Assembly (NCBI GenBank): GCA_903889915.1
Contig: CAISZK010000072.1
Coordinates: 1,585-65,584 of the forward strand
DNA length: 64,000 bases
Source: an uncultured Bacteroidota bacterium
Lineage (GTDB): Bacteria; Bacteroidota; Bacteroidia; Bacteroidales; CG2-30-32-10
Direction: 5' to 3'
Below, one piece after another: positions 48,937-57,574 of this stretch (the stretch's first letter is position 1; each line of letters begins with the position of its first letter). The position numbers and the translations under genes were made by a program. The notes under the pieces are model-generated. The model had not been told where the DNA came from and did no database searches. It saw only the letters and a list, made by a program, of their open reading frames with translations.

Positions 48937-51080
48937 TCAACAACTTCTTTAATCTCATTCAGCAATTCTTCCGTTTGTTCTTCTAATGCTTCAATATCAT
49001 TCATAATTTTTTTCAAATCACGCAGTGGTTTGTATTCATAAAAGAATTTAGTAAAAGGTATTTCGTAACCAATTTTATCTTTTTCCCTGTCCATCCAGGC
49101 ATCGGGTGCAAAGGGCAATACTTCGCGTTCAAAATATTCGGTAATATCTTCTTTCCATTTAATATTTTCGCTATCGCGCAAGTCGCTATCGAACAAAGGT
49201 TTTTCTTTCCAATCACATATTCTTCCTTTTTGTACCGGCACATCAAAGGGGTCGGCAAAAACCACTTCGGCTTCTTCGTTTTTTTCGCCCAATATATCAC
49301 GATACATTTTCAGCAAAGCTTTGCCCGGTTGGTTTCCAAAAGCTTTTTCAAAAGCGGCAAAGAAATTTGCATCATCCATTTCTCTCGTATGCTGCGCCTG
49401 TCGAATGGTTTCTATTGCTTTCAATATTTTTTCCTGCATGGCTTTGCCTTTAGCAATATCAGCTTCGGCTGCCGCTTTGTCCTTCTTTTTGCTGGTGGCA
49501 AACTCTTTAAACTTGCTATGCTCTTTTAATGCTTCAATTTTTTCGTCTGTTATTTCATAAGCCAAACGCAGTGGCCTTTCTACTATTACCTTGGTATATT
49601 TAAAATCTGTAACATCGTAAATCTTGCTCACCTCTATTGCCCGCTTAATCTTTTCGCCCGGCTTATGAGGATTTTCCTCTTCCACTTCTATGCTGTGATT
49701 TTGGAAGGCTTTATACATGTCGGTTATCAGGCTTATGCCATCTTCGCTTATTTCATATTGCTTTTTACCGAGGGATTTTATTTTCTTCGTAAAACTTGAA
49801 TGAACAGCATTTATCAACTGAACTTTTCCTTTTCTATTGTCAGGTTTTTTATTGTTCAATATCCAAATGTACGATCCAATGCCAGTGCCATAGAACAGGT
49901 CCTTTGGCATGGCGACAATGCAATCCAATAAATCGTTGGGGTCGTCCATAATCCAACCGCGAATATTGCTCCATCCACCGCCGGCATCACCATTAAACAA
50001 GGGGGAACCATTAAACACTATGCCTATGGTACTGCCAGTTGGATTCATTTTACTGATCATGTGTTGCAGAAATAAAAACGAACCATCGCTTACATCGGGA
50101 GTCCCTGCACCAAAGCGACCACTAAATCCATCTTCCTCTGATTCATTTTCCACAAACTCACGGATGTTTTTCCAGTCATCACCAAAGGGAGGGTTGGTAA
50201 GCATGTAGTTAAAGGTTCTTCCTTTCAGTTGGTCTTTGGTGATGGTGTTTCCATGCTTGATGTTTTCGGCATCTTCACCTTTCATCAGTAGGTCAGATTT
50301 GGCAATAGCATAAGTTTTTTCGTTTATTTCCTGTCCATAAACCCAAACATCAAGATTTTTATTAACGCTTTGCTGCAAATAATCTTTTGCCGTTGTAAGC
50401 ATACCGCCAGTTCCGCAACATGGATCATAAATATTAATACCTGCTCCGGCTTTTTGTAGCTTCTCCGTTTCGTTCGCAAACACAAGGTTTACCATCAGGC
50501 GCACAATTTCTCTTGGAGTAAAATATTGCCCTGCCTTTTCGTTGCTTGTTTCTTTCGATTTACGAATAAGGATTTCGAAAATGGTTCCCATGTCGTGATT
50601 ACTCACTTTGTCGGGATGCAGATCAATTTTAGGAGAAACAAATTCTTTGGTAACTATCAGCAAAAGATCTTTGCGCAATAGCGTTTCGTAAATAGGTGAT
50701 AAACCCTTTTCAGGTCCGCCGCTAAAATTGTAAAGTATTTCTTTGATGTTATCGCTAAAGCCTTTGAGATATGCATCAAAGTTTACCCCAATGTTGTCAA
50801 TATCTTTGGTAAGCCCCGACAGAGTATAATCAGACGTGTTATAAAAATTCTTGCCCGATGCTTTCTTTAAAAGTTGGTCAAGCACACCCGGTGTTGCCTT
50901 ATCTTTGAATTTCTCAAATTCCTTTACTACTTTTTCGTGAGATCCCTCCAATTCGCAGTCAATGCGCCTCAATAAAGTAAAAGGAAGAATAACATCTTCA
51001 TAATCCTTCTCGGCATATTCGTCCCTGATGTGTTCTTTGATTCCCCAAATAAATTCGGATATCTCGTTGTGGTTTTCCAT
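48933..51080 (-). CDS. hsdM: Type I R-M N6-adenine DNA methyltransferase subunit (long form)
   Basis: Motif I YDPCCGTGGML, motif IV LTNPPFGDDW, plus an HsdM N-terminal-like region and a long C-terminal extension (715 aa). Confidence 0.9.
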   Translation of the reverse strand: MENHNEISEFIWGIKEHIRDEYAEKDYEDVILPFTLLRRIDCELEGSHEKVVKEFEKFKDKATPGVLDQLLKKASGKNFYNTSDYTLSGLTKDIDNIGVNFDAYLKGFSDNIKEILYNFSGGPEKGLSPIYETLLRKDLLLIVTKEFVSPKIDLHPDKVSNHDMGTIFEILIRKSKETSNEKAGQYFTPREIVRLMVNLVFANETEKLQKAGAGINIYDPCCGTGGMLTTAKDYLQQSVNKNLDVWVYGQEINEKTYAIAKSDLLMKGEDAENIKHGNTITKDQLKGRTFNYMLTNPPFGDDWKNIREFVENESEEDGFSGRFGAGTPDVSDGSFLFLQHMISKMNPTGSTIGIVFNGSPLFNGDAGGGWSNIRGWIMDDPNDLLDCIVAMPKDLFYGTGIGSYIWILNNKKPDNRKGKVQLINAVHSSFTKKIKSLGKKQYEISEDGISLITDMYKAFQNHSIEVEEENPHKPGEKIKRAIEVSKIYDVTDFKYTKVIVERPLRLAYEITDEKIEALKEHSKFKEFATSKKKDKAAAEADIAKGKAMQEKILKAIETIRQAQHTREMDDANFFAAFEKAFGNQPGKALLKMYRDILGEKNEEAEVVFADPFDVPVQKGRICDWKEKPLFDSDLRDSENIKWKEDITEYFEREVLPFAPDAWMDREKDKIGYEIPFTKFFYEYKPLRDLKKIMNDIEALEEQTEELLNEIKEVVE

Positions 51081-51192
51081 TTATGTTTGATTAAGTATTA
51101 AAGTGGTAAATAAGGTATTTGTTATTTAAAATCCAAAAGTAAATAAAAATGGAATCAAACTAAATTTAAAATGGAATCTTAAGAATGTCATT

Positions 51193-51597
51193 TTATTGTT
51201 CCTTCCCTACTCTTCTCACTGTCACTGTCACTTTCTCAATCCCCTTATTCATTAATATCTGCTCAAGTATTTTTTCCGGGCAATCAAATTGCAATGTCAG
51301 ATCTTTTAAAGAAATAACATTCAAATAGCGCTCTAAAACCACCTTTTGTCTTTCCTTAGAGTAAGATAATTTATTGGCAATAGAAATGGTTTTTGAAATT
51401 ACGTTTTGATAGTACTGCAAAACAAATATCAGTTCAGTTAAAATTTTCGGATTAATTATCAATTCCTGATGTGATTTTTTTCTTTCAACATTTTGTTGAA
51501 TCCGCACATATTTTTCCCATAATTTATGATTGATTATGCCAATCAAAAAAGGATTTTTGTTGTATTCCTGTAAAGTTGATCGTTGTAGTCCTACCAT
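51193..51597 (-). CDS. hypothetical protein with C-terminal HTH-like segment
   Basis: ATG at 51597, 112 bp upstream of hsdM on the same strand. The C-terminal SKERQKVVLERYLNVISLKDLTLQFDCPEKILEQIL resembles sigma-70 region 4 / LuxR-type HTH spacing. Confidence 0.45.
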   Translation of the reverse strand: MVGLQRSTLQEYNKNPFLIGIINHKLWEKYVRIQQNVERKKSHQELIINPKILTELIFVLQYYQNVISKTISIANKLSYSKERQKVVLERYLNVISLKDLTLQFDCPEKILEQILMNKGIEKVTVTVRRVGKEQ

Positions 51598-51875
51598 GCT
51601 GAAACGGGTTATTTGAGGATAAAATTAATGTCAGGTTTTCCTCAAATGAAACAAGGCGTAAAAGTATAACAATTTATTTTGTCAGCAAATAAAAATCTCA
51701 TCTTCCTTTTATTTATCGGCTAGAAAAATAGTCATTCATTCCACTTTTACAGACTCCAACTTCCATCACTTTTATTCATCGTCCCTAACATTCATTTTTT
51801 AGTATTTTTAGTGTTTCGCTTGTCAAAATAATAGCTTTTCAACGCCCGGAATCACCCTCTATTTTATCCATAAAA

Positions 51876-52169
51876 GTTGCAACTTTTTCCGAAGTTGCGT
51901 CAACTTTTTCCGAACTAGTTGCAGCAAGTTCCAAAAAAGTTGCAACTTTTTCCAAAGAAGTTGCAACTTTGTTCAAATTAGTTGCAGCAACTTCCGAAGA
52001 AGTGTCAACTTTTTCCGAAGAAGTTGCAACTTTGTTCAAATTAGTTGCAGCAAGTTCCGAAAAAGTGTCAACTTTTTCCGAAGAAGTTGCAACTTTTTCC
52101 AAACTAGTTGCAACTTTATTGGAAAAAGTCGCAACTAGTTCCAATAAAGTTGCGACTTTTTCCGAAGTA
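51876..52169. repeat. 21-bp-period array C (14 units) built on the palindrome AAAGTTGCAACTTT
   Basis: Units start at 51876, 51894 and 51918, then every 21 bp to 52149. Six units carry perfect GTTGCAAC. A 63-bp higher-order repeat runs 51960-52022 and 52023-52085. Confidence 0.9.
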
Positions 52170-52241
52170 TTTGAGGTAATAAAAACATCACAATATACAT
52201 TATCAGGCAGTTGCTAAAATTTCATAGGATTTGATAAGGCC

Positions 52242-52281
52242 AAAAAAAAATTGCCGGACCAAATTCAGTCCGGCAATTTTC
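52242..52281 (-). terminator. rho-independent terminator of the 259-aa gene
   Basis: 10-bp stem attgccggac (52250-52259) / gtccggcaat (52268-52277). Nine T follow on the minus strand. Confidence 0.8.
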
Positions 52282-52308
52282 ATTTGATTTTAAATTTTTT
52301 CAATGCAA

Positions 52309-53088
52309 TCAGTGAGTAAGTTTTATTTTCAATATAGTTCCCCACTCCTGGGGGATATCGTCAATTATTAACCTGTGGCGGAAAAACAGGTCAACATTTA
52401 TTGGCATACCTCCTATTATTTTTTTTGATCTGTGTTGGCAGGTAATAGGATATTCGTACCACCGTTTAGGATCGTTTTGATCAAGATTTACCTGGATTTC
52501 ATGAATTGCATTTTTTCCGGGTTTTGTTCTGCATTTAAATTCAACCTCACCATCAATACCGGTGGCAGCAACTTTGTCCTCATTAGGTCTGCGGCCTTTT
52601 GATATTTTGGTGTCCATTCCACAAGACTGGGCAATTTCTTTTTCATGTCCGATTGTTGCATCAACCAACTGTTGTACGTATCCGGTTGCAATTTGAGAGA
52701 TCATTCTTTTCACAACTTTCAATTCAGCCAGGCGGGCTTCGGCAGTTCCATCGGCATGTGTATTTGCGAGTGCAGTGGCAGTATCGAGTTTTCCTATCTC
52801 AGTGGCCACATCTGTGAGAGAAGGTTTCACATCGGCAGGAGTTACCCATGTGGTGTGATTCATTTTGTAAACAACATCTTTGCAAGTTGAAATTTGACCA
52901 TCAATGTCGTCAGGGAATTTCACAACAACTGTGTGGTGTGGGGAAGGTAACGGAACAGGGGTGCTGAACATAACAAAAATTACTCTTCTCTTTGCAAATT
53001 TGCCGGATCTGTATCTTTTTGGTATGGTTCCCCTTCTTAGTTGACGTTGAGTTATCACCCACGGCAACAATGAAATTTTTTCATACAT
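52309..53088 (-). CDS. hypothetical protein (259 aa), no recognisable family
   Basis: Long ORF with an ATG start, its own -7 box and a strong terminator. No signal peptide or TM segment. An internal alternative start is MFSTPVPLP. Confidence 0.6.
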   Translation of the reverse strand: MYEKISLLPWVITQRQLRRGTIPKRYRSGKFAKRRVIFVMFSTPVPLPSPHHTVVVKFPDDIDGQISTCKDVVYKMNHTTWVTPADVKPSLTDVATEIGKLDTATALANTHADGTAEARLAELKVVKRMISQIATGYVQQLVDATIGHEKEIAQSCGMDTKISKGRRPNEDKVAATGIDGEVEFKCRTKPGKNAIHEIQVNLDQNDPKRWYEYPITCQHRSKKIIGGMPINVDLFFRHRLIIDDIPQEWGTILKIKLTH

Positions 53089-53274
53089 AATTCAAAAAAT
53101 TTAAACAGTTAATAAAATGATGGATTGTTGTACCCTCCTTACGTGGTTTTTGATTGTTATTACTCTGTGAACGGTTCGTGCAACTAAGGAAAAACAAAAA
53201 ACTGCTTTTGCGGATTTTACTTTTAAGACCGGCGGTAATTTTAGTTTTCATTTGTAATTCCTGTGTGCTTCGCA

Positions 53275-53369
53275 CAAAGGTAAATCACGGAGAAAGGGAT
53301 TTTATCTGTTTTTTTTTAAACGGTAGGATTTTTTGACGAACGGTAGGATTTTTTTTTAAACGGTAAAAG
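53275..53369 (-). promoter_or_regulatory. -7 box (TACCTTTG) plus three 20-bp-phased direct repeats (candidate LytTR operator)
   Basis: The minus-strand TACCTTTG lies at 53282-53275. cggtaggatt at 53321 and 53341, and cggtaaaagc at 53361, give an exact 20-bp period. The middle repeat reads CCGTTCGTC on the minus strand (53343-53335). Confidence 0.5.
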
Positions 53370-53373
53370 CGCC

Positions 53374-53862
53374 CTAACAACTAATGCCATTTCTGAGCCT
53401 GTAATTGAAAAGAGCATCACTAAAAAACGGGTAAATATCTCTTGTACATTTAGGGTTGAGTTCGGGAATGTCCATCTTAATAAAATGTCCGCTATACGAC
53501 TTATCGGTTGGGAAAACAGTTACTATATGGCCAAGATTTAAGTACCACGATTTATGTGTGCGGTAAAAACAATCAGTTTGCCGGTTAAGCTCCTCCTCAA
53601 TCTCGCAAAGACCTATAACCACGAGTTCCTGAACCATGATTTTTTGGGGCTGATAAAATGCAAACAATTTTGAGTAGCTGCCATCGGCATGAAAACAGAT
53701 TATATCCGGAAAATAAATGAGGGGCTTGTTACAATTTTCGTTGTAAAAACATCCTGATTTTATTTTGTACGAACTTCCCATCTCTGATTGATGAAAAGGC
53801 TGATTCCTGTTGGCAGACAGTGGCATTTTAAAGTCCATTGGAGGCAGGAAATTATAAGCCAT
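53374..53862 (-). CDS. stand-alone LytTR-domain DNA-binding protein (no receiver domain)
   Basis: DIICFHADGSYSKLF ... GLCEIEEELN ... FYRTHKSWYLNLGHI ... IKMD...NPKCTRDIYPFF matches the LytTR pattern (adgnYt..h, sL.ele..L, F.R.HRS..VNl..I, vSR). ATG at 53862; the track start at 53904 is TTG. Confidence 0.7.
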   Translation of the reverse strand: MAYNFLPPMDFKMPLSANRNQPFHQSEMGSSYKIKSGCFYNENCNKPLIYFPDIICFHADGSYSKLFAFYQPQKIMVQELVVIGLCEIEEELNRQTDCFYRTHKSWYLNLGHIVTVFPTDKSYSGHFIKMDIPELNPKCTRDIYPFFSDALFNYRLRNGISC

Positions 53863-54356
53863 AATTACGCCTATAAAGATATGCAATAAATATAGAAAAA
53901 GCAAGTTATTTATCGAAAAAAGTTATTAACATTTACCCTTTAAATAAAAGTATATTGACAATAAATAAACCGGAGATTGGGAGAAAATAAAATTAGAAAT
54001 TTGTGAGGAAAAATACCCAAGGCAATCCTGTGCGTTCTCAGTGTAATTCCATGAAATAAAAAAATGATTTGTCATTAAACCATGTATTTTCTTTATTCAA
54101 TATGATTACCCGATTGAACTTTATTGTTCTTCACTTTTTATGATCTACCAGCATATTATTGCAATGCGGTATTATCTATACAAAGTGGCTTTGTTTCATT
54201 TGTCCGCCTTTATAATTTTCAATCTCTTTATTCTATCAATAATTTTCTTTTCCACCTCTTATCAGGCTTTCTCCTGTTCTGATATTATTCTCATCTCCTG
54301 ATTTTCTGCTTCCTACCACATACACAAACTCATATATGTTAAGATGGTTAACAAAA

Positions 54357-54423
54357 TTAATCCCGGGTTAATCTTAATTCAATCTCATTTTAATTTCTGA
54401 TTTCCTGAATCAGCCAACCTTTG
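54357..54423 (+). promoter_or_regulatory. phased TTAA boxes plus -7-like box (AACCTTTG)
   Basis: TTAA cores at 54357, 54368 and 54390, on an 11-bp grid with a degenerate site at 54379. AACCTTTG starts at 54416, 26 bp after the last core. Confidence 0.4.
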
Positions 54424-54475
54424 CCAAAGATTTTTTTTCATACTATTTTAATTTACTTTTAATTCAAGTTTAATT

Positions 54476-57400
54476 ATGACACGTCTTATTATCAACAATT
54501 TAAAAATTTTTAAACTACTTATAGTTCTAACTTTATTTTCATTTTCTAACCTGAGTTTTGCCATAACAAACACTGCAAATTCATCAGGACCCTGGGAAAC
54601 TGCATCCAACTGGTCGCAGGGACATGTTCCCCTAAGTACGGAGGATGTTGTGATTTCCTCAAACTATAATTTGACTATAAATTCTGCCGCAGTTTGTTTA
54701 AGTTTAAACATTACCCCTAATGCACAACTTACAATTAGTGCATCATACAGTTTAACCGTTAGCGGAAATCTGCAAAACAATGGGACTTTTACAGCAGGGG
54801 CTAACACTACCCTGACCTTTAATGGTGCAAATAATTCAACAGTGGGCGGCACAGGAACCTTTACTATTAATTATATTGTGCTCAACATGTCAACCAAGAC
54901 AACCGTTCTTGACATACAGTCGAATAATTTTATTGCAGGCATTAATTCAGCAGCAGGCTATAATTTTACTTTCACCAGCGGCACCTTCAAATACAATAAC
55001 ACCGCATCGCTGAATGATTGTCATGATAATAATTCTGCTACAACACTGACAATACCTTTTAATGTGATCATTGAATCCGATAAGGGGACGCTGGATCTTT
55101 GCCCCAACGGATCAAACAGCGGTGTGGTTTTATCAGGCAAGTTATTTATGAACGGTGGAACAGTTTATGTTCAGGAAGGACAGGCTTACAATGCTGCATT
55201 TGATTTTGTTTATAAGGTCAATGGAGGAACTCCTCAATTATATGTCACTTCAGGTTCTCTAAGTATTGGTGGTGGATTCCATTCAAACAGCGGCAGCGAT
55301 TTTATTGACTTTAATATGACAGGAGGCAATGTTACTATTGCTAACCGGGGAATGTCAGTATCCTATTCCTTTCAACTGGCAAATGTGACAGGAGGAAGCA
55401 CTGTGATGTCGGGAGGCACGATCATGATACAGGATGCGTGTAATGTTAATTTACCTGATATAGATATGGGAGGGGCGAATGTGAGTCCTTATTCAGTAAC
55501 GGGTGGAACAGTTCAATTTGGCAATCTTCTTACACAGGGTGGAGCAACATATTTTGGTGTGCAGCCTAACGGAGCTCATAATTATCCTAACCTGGATTTT
55601 GAAGGAGGAATAGCAAAATCAGTGTCACCATGGGTTGCCGGTGATTTCAGTGTGATCAGCATTTTCATCTGTCCGGCTATGACATTTGACATTTCAGGTT
55701 ATAACCCTAATGTTACATTTATCGGTACCAATGGAACATTTGCATTAAACAATTCAGGCACTTTCAATATGGGTTCAGGTTCATTTATTTTTCAATGCCC
55801 TTCAATATTACAACTTGTCACAGGGACATCAACAAATGTTTTTGGGAATGTTGTGGTTGATAATCCTAAGGGAGTCACTTTCCAGATTCCATCAACCATC
55901 ACAGGAACCCTTTACTTAACAAATGGCAATTTATTGATCATGTCGAATTCAATAATCTTTGAAGATGGGAATACTCCTATTGTGAGGACCAATGGAACAA
56001 TGTCGTACAATGCAACTGCCAATTTGATTTTCGGAATGCCTGGTCATACAGGAGGTGCTGCATTTACTATTCCCTCAGGCACTTTCCTAACTGGTCTGCC
56101 ATTGGATACCCTTGCCATAAACAGGGCAAATAATCTTAAAATGAGTTCAGGTCTTATAATCAGCGGAACACTCATACTTACAAGCGGCTCTCTTGATATG
56201 AGCGATTTATCATTAACGTTTCAGGATGGCAATATTCCTATATCAAGGGTATCGGGAAATATTATCACCTCCATTAACACCACTCTTGCTTTTGGATCAG
56301 CAGGGCACACTGCAGGCAATCCCTTTACAATTCCCTCGGGTACATTTGCCGGATCACCATCATTCAGGACGTTCACTTTAAGCAGAAGCAAAGACCTCAC
56401 ATTAAGTCAGTCTATAATTATTAATGGATCCCTCATAATGGCAGGAGGTATTCTTAACCTGGCAGAAAACACACTGACACTGGGAACAGGCGTTAATAAT
56501 CCGGGCACTTTATCACACCCCGGAACGGCTGCAGGAGGCTGGATAAATGGAGCGAATTTCATAAGATATTTCAATACAAATACTATTGCAGACAGAAATG
56601 TTGCAGGTTTATTCCCTTTGGGAAGTTCAACTGATTTCAGACCTTTATACATTTCATTTCCCGCAGCGGCTCTTACATCCGGAGGAACAATAAATGTTGC
56701 GCACACTGCTTCTAATACTGCAGTGAATGTTAATATTGCAGATGGATCGAACACTATTATCCGCAGAAATAATTCTTATTGGACAATCACTCCCGGCGGA
56801 GGTTTAGCTGTTTCAGGGACTCCATTTAATATCAGTGTGGAAGGAACAGGTTTCGGAACAGTAACCAAAGTAAATGATCTTAGGTTAACATTAACAGGAA
56901 GTGTAGTGGGAACAGCAGGAACTAACGGCGGAACAACACTCAATCCGCAGATAAACAGAACAGGGCTTTCTTTACAAAACCTTGCAAATAATTGGTATCC
57001 CGGTTCAATAAGTTTGTCGTCGCCTTTGCCAATAGAACTTATCAATTTTGATGCAGTTTGCGATGGCAACAAAGCAAAACTGAACTGGTCAACCGCTTCA
57101 GAAACGAATAATGATTACTTTACAATTTTTAAAAGCCGGGATGCATCAACATGGAATGAAATAAGTAACATTGCAGGTGCTGGAAACAGCAACGAAACAA
57201 AATCCTATTCGTTTACAGACAACAATTATGATGGAAGCGTTACTTATTACAAACTAAAGCAAACAGATTATAACGGCCATTCAACTGAGTTCAATGCCAC
57301 ATCCGTTGATTGTTCCAAAGCTGATGTTCCTGCAGTTTCGATCTATCCCAATCCATTCACTTCACAAACTACCATTTCACTTGAAGATGCGTCGTCCACC

Positions 57401-57574
57401 AACATTTATGAATTTAGTCTTTACAATATTCTTGGAGCAGAAGTAATGCATACGGTCATTTCAAACCACATTACGCCGATTGAAACAAGTATGTTTCCGG
57501 CAGGGTTTTATTCATATACAGTTACAGGAAGTGGCAGGATACTTCAATCAGGAAAACTGGTTTCTCAAAATTAA
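54476..57574 (+). CDS. large T9SS-sorted surface protein (beta-helix-like, G/T/N/S-rich), paralog 1
   Basis: 1032 aa with a signal peptide and the N-terminal motif SSGPWETASNWSQGHVPLSTEDVVI. Near the C-terminus is an Ig/FN3-like LNWSTASETNNDYFTIFKSRD...YYKLKQTDYNG module. C-terminus IYPNPFTSQTTISL...GKLVSQN is a sorting domain. Confidence 0.85.
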   Translation: MTRLIINNLKIFKLLIVLTLFSFSNLSFAITNTANSSGPWETASNWSQGHVPLSTEDVVISSNYNLTINSAAVCLSLNITPNAQLTISASYSLTVSGNLQNNGTFTAGANTTLTFNGANNSTVGGTGTFTINYIVLNMSTKTTVLDIQSNNFIAGINSAAGYNFTFTSGTFKYNNTASLNDCHDNNSATTLTIPFNVIIESDKGTLDLCPNGSNSGVVLSGKLFMNGGTVYVQEGQAYNAAFDFVYKVNGGTPQLYVTSGSLSIGGGFHSNSGSDFIDFNMTGGNVTIANRGMSVSYSFQLANVTGGSTVMSGGTIMIQDACNVNLPDIDMGGANVSPYSVTGGTVQFGNLLTQGGATYFGVQPNGAHNYPNLDFEGGIAKSVSPWVAGDFSVISIFICPAMTFDISGYNPNVTFIGTNGTFALNNSGTFNMGSGSFIFQCPSILQLVTGTSTNVFGNVVVDNPKGVTFQIPSTITGTLYLTNGNLLIMSNSIIFEDGNTPIVRTNGTMSYNATANLIFGMPGHTGGAAFTIPSGTFLTGLPLDTLAINRANNLKMSSGLIISGTLILTSGSLDMSDLSLTFQDGNIPISRVSGNIITSINTTLAFGSAGHTAGNPFTIPSGTFAGSPSFRTFTLSRSKDLTLSQSIIINGSLIMAGGILNLAENTLTLGTGVNNPGTLSHPGTAAGGWINGANFIRYFNTNTIADRNVAGLFPLGSSTDFRPLYISFPAAALTSGGTINVAHTASNTAVNVNIADGSNTIIRRNNSYWTITPGGGLAVSGTPFNISVEGTGFGTVTKVNDLRLTLTGSVVGTAGTNGGTTLNPQINRTGLSLQNLANNWYPGSISLSSPLPIELINFDAVCDGNKAKLNWSTASETNNDYFTIFKSRDASTWNEISNIAGAGNSNETKSYSFTDNNYDGSVTYYKLKQTDYNGHSTEFNATSVDCSKADVPAVSIYPNPFTSQTTISLEDASSTNIYEFSLYNILGAEVMHTVISNHITPIETSMFPAGFYSYTVTGSGRILQSGKLVSQN

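Noticed and set aside
51876-52169. Possible CRISPR array (also considered for 20220-20555 and 37521-37688)
   Set aside because: Units abut directly with no unique spacers. The unit length of 21 bp is below typical CRISPR repeat size, and no cas genes are present in the window.
51839-52217. Overlapping ORFs on both strands (101 aa and 82 aa) across array C
   Set aside because: Both begin with TTG only. They mirror each other because the unit is palindromic, and no ATG or promoter context is seen. They are treated as artefacts of the repeat.
39604-53904. Calling the accessory island a mobile element (ICE, prophage or transposon)
   Set aside because: No integrase, transposase, relaxase, terminal repeats or att-like duplications were found in the window. 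Only indirect hallmarks are present (SSB, an iteron-like array, R-M genes).
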